From NCBI GenBank assembly GCA_002633005.1, contig NMRA01000075.1, positions 882,028-946,027 on the forward strand: a DNA stretch of 64,000 bases, read 5' to 3'. Both the position numbers and the translations under genes were made by a program. Below the pieces are notes generated by a model. It searched no databases. It was given only the letters and a program-made list of their open reading frames with translations, and was not told where the DNA came from. This document shows positions 48,501 to 60,319 of the stretch, piece after piece. This DNA comes from Phoronis australis. Taxonomy: Eukaryota; Animalia; Phoronida. Numbering within the stretch: position 1 is the stretch's first letter; every line of letters starts with the position of its first letter.

Positions 48501-51500
48501 TTCGCGTGCGTCACGCGTCGTCGTTGTATATTGTTCTCTCTCATTTCTCAACAACAGATGTCGCGTATCACCCATGAAAGATGGTAAGGGTATATTGTAA
48601 CTACCTAACTTAACAACAGATGTCGCGTTTAATCAATGAAACATGATAAGGGGATAACCACCTAACCCAATAAGAGATGTCGCGTATACCTAATCTAGGT
48701 ACTGATGGTACTAAACTAATAATAAGATATTGTGACGACCTAAAATAGAGCATAAACTTCATTTTAAGAATGTATTGATAACAAAGAACATTCGAATGCA
48801 CTACAAAAATCAGCAAGACGTTCAGACACCATTATCCGTAGGCCTACAATTAGTAGTAAATTATTAAACATCCTGAATTAAATTTTCAAAGGTTCAGTGG
48901 TGACGCCGTCGTCGAACAAGTGTGTTTTGAGATAAAGGTGAGGTGAATTCATATCTCTCGTGCAGATAGGTATTATACATGGTGTTATCGCCGCCTAACC
49001 CGAGGGCCGAGCTACTCTGATACAGACGGAGGCAGTAACATAGCACAACAGACGGTCAATGGAATTACACAATTGTACATAAAGCACGATCTGGACTGAG
49101 ACAATTCTTACATAATTTCTAAACTAATGATAAGATATTGTAACCCCTAATCGTCTATCGATAAGAGCATACAAGTGAATAAAAGTGGGTGAATGCAAAT
49201 GTTTACATGAAAATTTCTTACACCGGCAACTGCACATAAAGCACTGTTTGACCTGAGACAAATATTTTACATAGTCATATAAAGCTTGGGATGACACAAA
49301 CCATACTTTAAAATGGGTCAATTGAGTATATTTCATGGGTATATTAAGTATATTTCGAACCCGCGACGGATTTTGCAGTCCGAAATTAAGAGACAGGATA
49401 AAAAATAAAACAAAAAAGGTATTGAATATTGGATAAAGACGATCTACCAGCTAAAATCAATAAGGGAATTGAATATTCAGTACAGTCAAAAAAAAAACGA
49501 AACGCTCCATTTCACGGACGCGAAACAAAATTTAAAAATCTGCCTAAGAGAATGATTAAGAAAAGAATAACTCACCGCTATCTTGCAAACGACGGCGTCA
49601 CCACTGGACCTTTGAACATTTAATTCAGGATATTTAATAATTTACTACTTGCACGGATAATGGTGTCTGAACGTCTCAATGATTCTTGTAGTGTATTCAA
49701 ATGTTCTTTGTTATTAATACACGTTTCAAAAATTTAAGCTTACAGTCTATTTTAGGTCGTCAAAGTATCTTATTATTAGTTTAGTACCGTCGGTAGCTGG
49801 GTTAGGTATACGCGACCTCTGTCGTTGGGTTAGGTGGTTATCCGCTTAACATCTTTCATTGGTTATACGCGATATCTGTTGTTGAGTTAGGCGGTTACAA
49901 TATCCCCTTAGCATCTTTCACGGGTTATACCAGACATCTGTTGTTGAGAGATGAGAGAGAACAATATACAACGACGACGCGTGATGCACGCGAAATAAGG
50001 GAATCCACCTTTTGTTCTTATTCAGTACGCACACTCTTGATCAGTTAAACTGTACAAACACAACGTATTTAACGTCTTTTAGCGTCAGGACATCCGGTAG
50101 GTAGACGGTGCCACGTCCTAACTTACCTGATGACGTCAGAAGCCACGTGATTTCCAATTACACTTTCCGGTTTACCGATTACTTCCAGTTACACGCCTGA
50201 CCTTGACCATGGATCGAGGTCCCTCTCTAACAGGCCCAATTAAACCTATTAGGTAATGAGGTGAGACGTCATTGTCACTTCCTTCCGATAGGCGGATGAT
50301 GTCACTTCCGGTTGCCCTCGTCATATGTGACTTTTGACCTTTCCCCTTTAACGTACGACCTTTGACCGAGGACCCTCATAAACGGGGCGCCTAAACAACT
50401 TATTATACTACTGCAGTGTAATGTACACGATGCGCAATGAAGTTTAACATGAGAGGATCGAGTGCTCTCTGGAAGTGATACAGAGTGGTAGGGGAGGATT
50501 TCTGTAGGTATGCGGCGTGTCATGATGTAAATACTGTGGTATCTACGTGTAGAGTGGTACTGATGGAAGGATACAAATAGGTAACGGGAATGGCGATGGT
50601 CTGATGGACAATTTTATAGAGGGTTTACCAGCTTGATGATTCGATCATATATTTCACTGACTGAAGAAGTATTGAGGTATCTATTCAAGGTAAATCTTGC
50701 AGCTCGTCGCCGCACCATATCAATCTTGTTAGTGAGAGCTTTTGTTTGAGCTGGCCATTCAGTTGAGCAGTATTCTAGTTTTGGTTGGACTAGAGCAGTA
50801 CAAGCTATTGCTTTAATTTTCTGAGGAATGTGACGAATGTTTGGTATAAGAAAACCACGGGTTTTACAGGCAGAAGCAACGGTATTATCAGAATGAGAAT
50901 TCCAGGTGAGATTGCTGAAAATAGTAACACCAAGATATTTGGCCTCAGACAGCGGTGACGGGAGTGAACTATGGGGAAAATAGTCTTGGAGGATAGGTTT
51001 CTTTTTTTGATGCACGTGAAGAACATTGCAATTCGATGCATCGAACCGCATACCCCACACTGAATCCCATTCAGCAAGTTTGTTGATACCCTGTTGTCCA
51101 GAGTGAGATGCAATCGGCGAAACACATGAGTACCAACTTATTGCTGTAGCATGTGAGTAACCCTTGAATTGTCCATAACAATAGGAAAGCACACACAGAA
51201 GACATCTAACTTAATATACATGCATCTACATGTACAAGAGTTAGCCGCTTGTGGATGTCAGAAAAACATGTTGCTCAAAAAATCATCATTTTGGATATAT
51301 GCGGCTGGGCCTAGATACGGCTATATACAGTACTGGGTTATAAAATAATTGAAAGCAAACTTGGAATATTTAAATTTGAAGATAGCGAGTTTTGGCTTTT
51401 GGTGCAACTCTTCACTTTAAGAGGTAAATTATGTGAAACAACAATGATTTTACGATTCCAGTAATCACTGTTATGCTGATAAAAATGACAAGGGATGATG

Positions 51501-54500
51501 TGAGTAGGGTTCAGCTTCAGCCTACCTTGCCTGAAGATTTGATGCCCTTACATATGCACGCGTAGACAACGATCCAGGAGAAGAGCAAGGTGAGCGCCAA
51601 GTCCCACTTTATGGGACCAACGTCATCAATTCCGTCTACTTGGTCAATGCCGAGAACTTTGTTTCTGAAAAAATAAATGACAATACATGCACTTATTGTG
51701 AGTTGGGGTGATGATGGTGGTGATGACGGTGCAGTGGTGGTGATAGTGGATGCGGCAGTGCTAATGTGGTGGTGGTAGAGGTGTTTGTTTTAGTTATTGT
51801 GGTGGTGGTAATGGAAATGCTAAAGATTGTAGTAATGGTAATGTTGGTGATGGTGGTGGCGATGATAGAGATGATGATGATGGCGATGGTGGCACTGATT
51901 GTACTGTCGGTGGTGATGGTAATGGTGATGGTGGTGATGATAAAGACGGTGATGATGGTGGTGGTAGTGATGGTAATGTCGGTGGTGATGGTAATGGTGA
52001 TGGTGGTGGTTATAATTGCGGTGATGATGGTGGTTGTCGTGATGATGGTGGTGGTCGTGATGCTGGTGGTAGCGGTGATGGTTGTGGTGGTGATGATGGT
52101 CGTGATGATGGTGGTGATGGTGGTGGTGATGATGGTCGTGATGATGGTGGTGATGGTGGTGGTGATTGTTGTGGTGGAGGTGGTTATGACGGTGGTGGTC
52201 ATGATGATTATGACGGTTATGATGGCTGAGCTTGAGGCCAAATATCTCGCGGTTGTTGGTTGTTTATCTGAAACGTTTACTTCTGCACTTAATAACAGCA
52301 GGAATAGTCAATTGGCAAATAAACAAGTTTCGGCTATTTTTGTTTAAAAAGAGAGGTCTTCCCAATCGATACTCTTGTTCAGCAAGAACCAGAATTAGCT
52401 GTGCGGAGGCCTTTCTTTAATTAGTTTGGGCCACACCGCAGCCTGACTGAGCCAGGATCCCTGACGTAAACTGTCGCTAATTTCCAGTTCATTCTACCGT
52501 TATAAGGTTGTCACAAATAGTGCACTAAAAGTACAAATGACATATGCTCTCTGAATAGTTATTTGCTGATATAAAAAATGCTACTTTTATTCTTCTAACA
52601 CTTTGGCGCAGCAACAATGAATAAAGTTCATTACCGGATTCACTTGGATCACACAGAAGAGAATGAAGAAATGACCAAAAAGAGAACCACAATTGATGTG
52701 GTTACCTTTTACACACAGTAGTGGCATCTAACGGGTAGACACAAGAAGCCGACACTGTTTGAAATGCAGGGGAAACGGTGTCTTTTGTTGGGGTATACCA
52801 TGTCATATTCAATGCATCTCAGCGCCACTAATAGGCAACTTTCAGGAACCAGATTGGCGTTATTTTGTAGGTAAAGAATCCAATGCTTAGAAGATTAGAA
52901 TGCTGACATTTTGAACAGCTCCTTTTCAAATCACATTCTGAAACTCGTCAAAATGAGCCAAAACAGCTGTCCCTTCCTAATAATGTCCTCCTGATAATAT
53001 TAATTTTCATAGCCAACGATGAACAAGTAAAAACCATGTGCGATGAAGTTTACAAAGTTCCCCAACCTACTCCCAGAATTCCGTGACGGCGTCTATGGGT
53101 TTCATTGGCACATGGTCTGTTCCGTTCCAGTAGGTGACATTGGTGCCATTAGCGCTGAAGTTGACGGAACATCTGGGTGTATTCCACCAATTGTCGCAAG
53201 AGTTCCACGGCACTTTGTCCGTGAAAGACGAAAAGAAGTAGTAGAAAGCCCAGGCGATGATGACGTTATAGTAGCAGCAGAGGAAGAATACAATGATGGT
53301 AGTCGCAATACCAATGCCTGTAGATGCAGAAATTGTTTAAATCATATGTATTATTCATCACTGTCACCATGGTCATTATTACCATCATAATAGATACCGT
53401 CATCATAATCACCATCGTCAACACCGTCATCGTTGTCAACATAACGGTCCAAACCAAGGTAAGCTTGTCACATTTTTTATTAATAAATCAAGATATTCAA
53501 GATTTAATATCGCAAATATTTCTACGTCAGGTCAGCACGCTAAGATTTGATATGTGTTTCGATATACTCACACTCGTCATCATCAGGAAATGACCGTCCA
53601 TTGAACAAGGTCCAAACAGTGTTCATGTACAGGACGGACCTACATGAACAACTTTACAGTGCATTCGCTTCTGCATTTGAATACGTATTCTATGACTTAG
53701 GAAATGTCACTGCGTATGATAATCTTTTTAAAAGCAGGAAAATTCGAAAAACATGCACAGTAATTGGAAAGTGTATTACTGTAATTAGGCCGCTACATAT
53801 GAAGTTGGGCCTTCATTGTGAAATACGCGCATGCGCCTAAACGCGAAATACTCTTATCTTTGAAACAAACTAATGTTTATAAGACTGAAAATTCCTCATA
53901 TAGGGCTGTTACCTTCATCAAGCCAGACTAGCGCTATTGCTACATGTTTCTACTGGAGAGTCCGCCTATTTTGAAGCACAGGTACACTTTGTGACCCAGT
54001 GGACAAATTTTTGCTAGTTTTGAGGTGAACTGATCAAAACAGAGTATTAAACCCTTTAAATAAAACGTTTACTAGTCTTTAGCTTTATGATCTCACCTTG
54101 AAATATAGGACATATTCTCCATGCTGCTATGCCGCCCTCGGACATAAACTGACCAACGGCTACTTCAAGGAAGAACAAGGGCACTCCTCCGATGATCACA
54201 AAAAATATGTATGGTAGAAGAAACGCCCCTGAAAATATTGTAAATACAATTGGATATCATCGAAATTATTTACCTGCCCACTTGAATTCGAAGCAGGTCG
54301 ACAATGCTAATAAAATTTAGCATAAACTGAAAGATTCCACGATGCAGCGTCCGAGTTGGCGAACACTGCTAGCTTGAGAACTACTACCTCAGACTTTTTA
54401 AAGAGAAATAATGTTCGTGCTATTTTTTGGATCTCGCTTCTGCGTGTCACATGATCTTCTGTTATTAAAACTTTGTAAGTATGGAATAAGTGGAACAGTG

Positions 54501-57500
54501 CATAGTTTGCTTAAGTCGTATCTTTTAATTAGAACCATAGAATACGTGTGGATGGGCTTGTATCTGATGAATCGCCAACTGGGTACGTCAGTTATGGCGT
54601 ACCACAAGGTAGTGTACTGGGACCGTTGCTTTTTTACTATTTATTAATGACCTCCCTGGTGGACTGTGTTCTAAGACGCTTTCATGTGCTGATGATACAT
54701 CTATTTTTTTTTCAAAAGAGAAAGCTGAAAATGTAGGTCTTTTACAGAGGGACCCTAATTTACTGTTTGATTGGGCAACAAAATGGCGTATGGAGTTTAA
54801 ATTTCGACAAAATATCTACACAATATCCCACGGCTGTCTCTGAATGACTCTATTATTACTCAAAGTGTGTCGGTTAAGAATTTGGGTGTTCTGCTTCATC
54901 CTCAATTCGCTATGAATCATCGTTGTGTTCATCAAATTTAAAAAATTTCTCAATCCATTCAGAAAACTTTCGAAATATATTTCCTGTTGACACTTAGAGT
55001 TGGTTTATAATTCTTTCATTTTTACTCATTTAACTATGCATATATCATTTATAATAATGATAATTTGACCAGATTTTGTAAGCTCGACAGACATTAGTAT
55101 CGAGCTGCTCTTTCTATGGCAGAGACAGTCAAGGGTTCTAGTACAATTAAAATCGTTGGTTCTCTCGACTGGACTTCTCTCTTCCTTCTACGCAAATAAC
55201 ACTTGATATTTTATTTATACAACGTTACCCACGAAATTATATCACGTTTAGCTATTACCAATCGGTATAAACGTGATACATCCTCTATCAATATACATCT
55301 CAGAACTATTTCTGAATATACAATTCTCCGTCTACATCGGACAGCAATCACTTAGGAAAACTCCAATTATTGCTTGTTAGTTTTCATGGAATACTTCACC
55401 ACTGGAACTTAAAGTAGCCCAATCAATGTCAAGTTTTGAAAAATTGTGTTAAACCCTTTTTAAGGGTAATAGCCTCACACTCATTCCTCCTACTAAATTA
55501 TGCTTATTGCGTGAAAAACGAAATTCTCGTTAACCAATTGTGAGCGAGGTTGTACCTCAATTCACAGAAGTTCTATTATAACTCTGCCACGTTTTCTAAT
55601 AAATGTACTTGTGGTGCGATTAATAGAGATGCTCACTGCTTACTATCAAGCTCCATCTATAATGCTGAGCGTGAACAGCTCTTTCGCAACCTCCAATCCA
55701 ACGATCATAACAGGTTACATGTTCAAATCTTAGTAAGAGGCATGAAACAGTTTTCTATTATATGGTTGTCAGGATTTGAATCACGGCTATAATGCTGTAT
55801 TACTTAGAAATCTTAGTGATTTTATTTTTAAATGTGAAAATAGGAAAGTGTATTAATACCTACACTGCGCGTTTTGTTTTGTTTATGTTGTTGTATAATA
55901 TTCTCTTGTTAATATGTTCTTCTTTATTACCATATGATTTTATTCTTGTTTTTTGTTTTCTTTACTTTGGTGTTTTTGCTCAATATTAAGTTTCGCCTAA
56001 GTAAGTCATTGTTTTATAATTTAAAGCCTGGATATAATGGTTCGCTTTCCGGACTAATGTATTGTCAGTTATTTGCGTGGCAATAAAAAAGGGAAAAATT
56101 AGACTGCCAATGGCGACCTCAGTAAGACTGCCCTCAAGTGGAACTTAAACTTGCCAAACACAAGCTCAAGTTCCCAAGATTTTCCGCCAATTTCTTTGTT
56201 TGGTAGCAATGATCTTTCTCCGCATATCTTAGATGACACCGACTATAACGACCATTATTCTACCATTACTGAAATATTGTTCTTTGTAATGATATTGTAT
56301 TTTGTGGTATTGTTATTCATCGTGTTTAACATTTAAAGAAATAAATGAGCATACAACAATGAATTCTGGTTAATAATATAAGTGAAATTAAGCGACGCAT
56401 TTTGGTTGAAAATGAGCAGAGAGGAAAATTTCCCCCTGTGAAACCGTCGGCCATCACGGTCAACAACTTGCACTGTATACGAAGCCGTTAAGTGTATCCC
56501 CATGAAACGTAATTCACGCACTCATAGTTTTGTCATTTCGTTTTATTATATGGGGTTCGTAGAGCGCAGTTTGCTAGTGCTGAAAATTAAGTGTCATTAA
56601 CCTTTGATATGGACAAACGAAATTATGTGTGCTCATGAAAGAATGGAAATTTATGCGAAAGTCGTGTGTCACGGAGCAAACTGACACCACGGTGACAACT
56701 TTTGTAACACGTTTATGAGGTAGAGCAACTTGCGGCTGATCATCTTGCTCCGTGTCAACTATATGCTCAAACGCGAAATTAGGGCAAGGCGGAATCGATC
56801 ATCTCTATTGCGCTCGCGAAAGAAACACATATACAGGTGATCATTTTCGGACATTTTTTACAATTTGCCAGTCAGGTGTTCAGTTACTTGTATCCTAAAT
56901 TTAACCCTTTGACTATCATATTTATTTTGTTAGAAAAATTGTCAGAATATTACACCGAGTCAGACAGGACTCGGGGTTCAATTCAAATGCTTGGTTATAT
57001 GCAGTAGGCCTACTAATGAAAGCGTTAATCAGCTGATCAAAAATCAATGAAGCAAAACTCAATATCAAGAATTACATACACTGCGGGGAATTAGAAGCAT
57101 CAAAACAACAGTACAACGAGCAATGATAATATTGAACTGTGACTCCCGCAATTTGCATCTTAGCGCAACAGCATTCCACATTTCTGCCTTCAATTTCCGC
57201 CTTGCCACCTTTTATGAGTTGTGTGTGTGTAAACGGCCGCTTGACACAAATCATCTTGCGCCGTGTCAGTTGCACCGTGTCAAAAGTAAACAGAACTGAC
57301 ACGGAGCATTACACTGACAACTTTTGTCATCCGCACGCGCGCGCGCGCACACACACACACACAAACACATACAGGTGATCATTTCCCCGCAATTTCTACG
57401 ATTTTTCGGTCAATTGTTCATTGTCTTGTTAATTAATTTCAACCTTGAACACCATTTATTTTGTCAGAATATTACACACAATTAACAGTCCAGACTGGAC

Positions 57501-58238
57501 TCAATTCAAATACTTGGTCATGTTCATTAAGCCTACTAATTATTGAAATTATTGAAGCGTACTTACAATTGGGGAATAAGAAGCACCAAAATAACAACAA
57601 CAACAACAACAACAACAACAATAATGAACAGTGATTCTTGTAATTTGCATCTTTGGTCATGAGCATTCCGCATTCAGTCCTGCCTACAACTTCCGCCTTG
57701 CCACTCTTTATGAGTTTTGTGTGCAAGCGGTCATCTTGCGCCGTGTCAGTTGCGCAGTGTCAAAAGCTAATGTCTATGCAGGACTTGTGTGAATTGTTTT
57801 CGGCAGCCAGTTAGCTGTGCACCGCTATTGCCGACCACTGTAAGCAAGTGCAATATAACGCCCAACCGTAAATTTCATTTAAACCACTCGTCTCTACAAG
57901 GCGAGACACTGCCACTGTGTATTGGCCATCTCTTAGTAATTAGCTATGTGTCAATCTCTTGGGCACCAACGTGCACGTGAACACGAAGAAAAAACGCATG
58001 GCGTCATGATCGGGAATGTAACGAAGCACTTACCTCCACCGTTCTTGTAACACAAGTAAGGAAATCGCCAGACATTTCCTAAGCCCACTGAGAATCCAAT
58101 GCAGGCAAGTACAAAATCTATTGGACGCGTCCACGACTCCCTCCCCTTTCGGTTAATTTCGTCACTTTCTGCTTTCTCCAAAGTTTCGAACTCGACTTCG
58201 ATTTCTTTTGATACGCCTTCGTCGTCCTTTTGCGACAT
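36532..58238 (-). CDS. SLC6 Na+/Cl- dependent transporter, GABA/taurine/creatine group (invertebrate TauT/CT1-like), tandem copy B, complete, 627 aa
   Basis: Exons 58238-58034, 54228-54097, 53317-53071, 51664-51526, 46679-46545, 45328-45225, 41868-41744, 40919-40807, 40267-40133, 38186-37986, 37466-37287, 36699-36532 sum to 1884 nt, all GT-AG and in frame, ending ...[14 protein letters not shown] on the minus strand near 36260. Confidence 0.95.
37582..37742 (-). mobile_element. Short G-tract MITE with 5-bp TSD (CGTCC)
   Basis: cagtgacagatttaagggg...cctggatccgcccctg; absent from the homologous site in copy A (gaagagacatccaacg near 20331). Confidence 0.8.
43293..43882. mobile_element. 590-bp MITE with 18-bp TIR and 10-bp flanking direct repeat
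   Basis: CTCGCTGGTTCCCTGCGT...ACGCAGGGAACCAGCGAG, with GTAGGTCTCT at 43283-43292 and 43883-43892. Confidence 0.85.
44340..44493 (+). mobile_element. Short G-tract MITE, near-perfect 5-bp TSD (CGTAG/TGTAG)
   Basis: taggggcggatccac...agatccggttatg. Confidence 0.65.
46308..46385 (+). repeat. tRNA-like (Pol III A/B box) head, probable SINE fragment
   Basis: A-box tggtgtagtggt and B-box ggttcgaaacc at tRNA-like spacing; a similar segment lies at ~43915-43980; no convincing cloverleaf. Confidence 0.45.
48057..50412. mobile_element. Non-autonomous Polinton/Maverick-like element with ~860-bp terminal inverted repeats
   Basis: Ends AGCAGT.../...ACTACT; 6-bp TSD GCAGTG at 48051-48056 and 50413-50418; arms ~48057-48940 and ~49565-50412 are diverged reverse complements (e.g. 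agttgtttaggcgccccgtt / aacggggcgcctaaacaact); no coding capacity in the spacer. Confidence 0.85.
50419..51110 (-). mobile_element. 5'-truncated LINE (CR1/L2-group) RT C-terminal fragment; its 3' UTR probably continues to ~47915 beyond the Polinton
   Basis: [64 protein letters not shown] is the typical non-LTR RT thumb/C-terminal region. Confidence 0.85.
51705..52225. repeat. (GGT/GAT)n microsatellite, SLC6 copy B intron 3
   Basis: Directly visible; same intron as the arrays in copy A. Confidence 0.95.
54395..56100 (+). mobile_element. Degenerate 5'-truncated LINE (CR1/L2-group)
   Basis: [56 protein letters not shown]; A-rich tail aataaaaaagggaaaaa near 56082; absent from the homologous position in copy A. 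Confidence 0.85.
56800..57770. repeat. Diverged ~500-bp tandem duplication in intron 1 of copy B
   Basis: Paired blocks: atacaggtgatcattt (~56831/57369), gtcagaatattacac (56941/57463), aatttgcatctt and ttccgccttgccac (~57150-57210/57642-57705), tcatcttgcgccgtgtcagttgc (57251/57731). Confidence 0.75.
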
Positions 58239-60163
58239 TTTATAACACTGTCTACGAATAGCCACGCTCAAAAGATAAGCTTTTCTAACTCTATTCACGT
58301 GCCTGTCTAAACTTCAGGCAAAGAATATTCACGGCACACAGCTTGACAAATCTTTTGGCAAATATTTGACTTGCTTTAGCTAACATGTAATTCACTCTAC
58401 TTTCGGCCCCTCGCGTACTCTATAAACGCACAGAGCATTATAATGTTGTAACCTGTTCGTCGACCTGCGGTTTACCTGCAGGCCAGCTACGCCTACAACG
58501 AGGAAACCCGTATGAGTGAACAGGGGTAGTAAACAACTTTGGACAACTTGCATTAGAAATTGTTTGTTGTAAGATCGATTTCTTGGTAAATTTTTATGTG
58601 TGGTAATTGTGTAATTTGCTTTCTCTAGGATAGTCAATCACTGTGAGAACACAAAATAAACAACAAATGTTGCTGTATTCAAAACAGAGGTGTGAATAGA
58701 ACACTGCGGAGTTGGTATCTACCTCCCGATAAACCCACAATCAACGTCATTGTTGTCAAATTCTTTTATTGGTTGAGATAAACTAGTCTAACCTTTTTGA
58801 GTAGTGAACCGTAACAATGCCAAGCAGTGATACGCACATAGCCGATGACATCCAGTCTTTTACAGGTATTGCAGCCGACTGTGCCATTGGTTTATTTCAT
58901 CTGCACTTTGATTTCCTTGTAAAAATGTCAGCGAAAGTTTTGATACTTATTGAAGCAGATGTAAATTATGATAAAATAAGATTAAATTGACAGGCAAGCT
59001 TTCACTTCCAAAGCTACGCCAACGGTATCTTTTGGATGGTTGACTTGAGTGGTATATGAAATGTCTTCGTGGAATACTTTGGCGGCCAAAATGCCTCAGC
59101 GGCTCAAGCTAAGTCGTCGCATACTGGAGTCAAGGGACTGGGCTGAAGCATTTACGAGCGGCCATTTTTTCAAGTCTAGAAATCTTCTTCTAGCTGAGCA
59201 AGGAATCTGATCATGGTACACGGCCGTAGGAAGTGGGGGGCCGGGCGGGGGTTTGCCCGCTATTAGTTGCAGGCGTCAGGGTTAAACCACGGCAACCGAC
59301 ATAGGCTTGGGGCCGGGAACAGTCGAGAAGAAAGACTACGAATACGAATAAGAGAGAAAATTCAAGATAACATTTGACAAGTCAGTATCGGTGCATGGTT
59401 TACCCTTTGCGTACCCTGGCCAGGACATTGTTGTTTGTTACATATATGTAGGTCGTCTAAACGCATTTGAAAACGTGCACTTTGTTATTCATACATGTAT
59501 TTCGAAAAATCGAGAAAGTTCGTAAAGCAAAACTTTTACGGAGCATATTAATTCACTAGAATTTAAAATTCAGTGAGACAGTTTTGCAAATGCAGAAATG
59601 CAAAATTATATTTTCCAGAGGCCCTGCTCTAGCAAATAATAACAAAGACAACTGTCGCTCTATTTTTCGTAGTTTTCTTCCCCTAAATTGATGGCCTGGC
59701 AGATAACATCAAATGCTGCGCATTTTCTGACTTGAACATATAGATCTTTTCATATTTAGGGGCCCAGCTCTTGAAGAGGACCATTCATGACATTCAAGTG
59801 GCCACCCTTTTAGTGTTTTTATTAGCAAATTCTTAAGGGCAGCTCACGAAGAAAGGGCCTAATGTTGGAATCGATTATCTGTATTTTGATGTTTTTTGTG
59901 AAATCGCACAACCGGCTGTCATGCTGAGGAAAGTCACATCTAGCAAGGTCACCTGACAATGGAATGAAATGTCACTCTTTTCCAAGCTTAATGATGTCTA
60001 GTCTTTCATCTTAGGTGTCCCATTTCAGACAGGACCCCCTCTCGGTGGGGCAGTTCGGGTGTCACTCTAGACATGTAAATCCGACACCGGCAAGTATTCA
60101 CGAGAAGTTCAGATTCCAAATTTATCAAAAACACAAATCAACCGTGCACAGCAGAGCAATATC

Positions 60164-60319
60164 CAGGGTGATCCAGGATTTTGAGTTAGGGGGGACAGGG
60201 CAGAGTATTTGCCAGGATTTTTCCCGTAAGACATTCGCACCCCCGAACTGCCAAATGTAATCTGGGAGAATTTTAGGGAGGGGCATGGCCCCCTTGGCCT
60301 CCCTCTAAATCCGCCACTA
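60164..60319 (+). mobile_element. Short G-tract MITE (same family as 27873 and 37582)
   Basis: cagggtgatccaggattttgagttagggg...ctaaatccgccacta; flanks ATATC/GTATC. Confidence 0.75.

Noticed and set aside
20083-58238. The two SLC6 copies as uncollapsed alleles of one gene
   Set aside because: Introns are largely unalignable, insertions differ and exons 1-2 are over 10% diverged, which fits true paralogs better; long reads would settle it.
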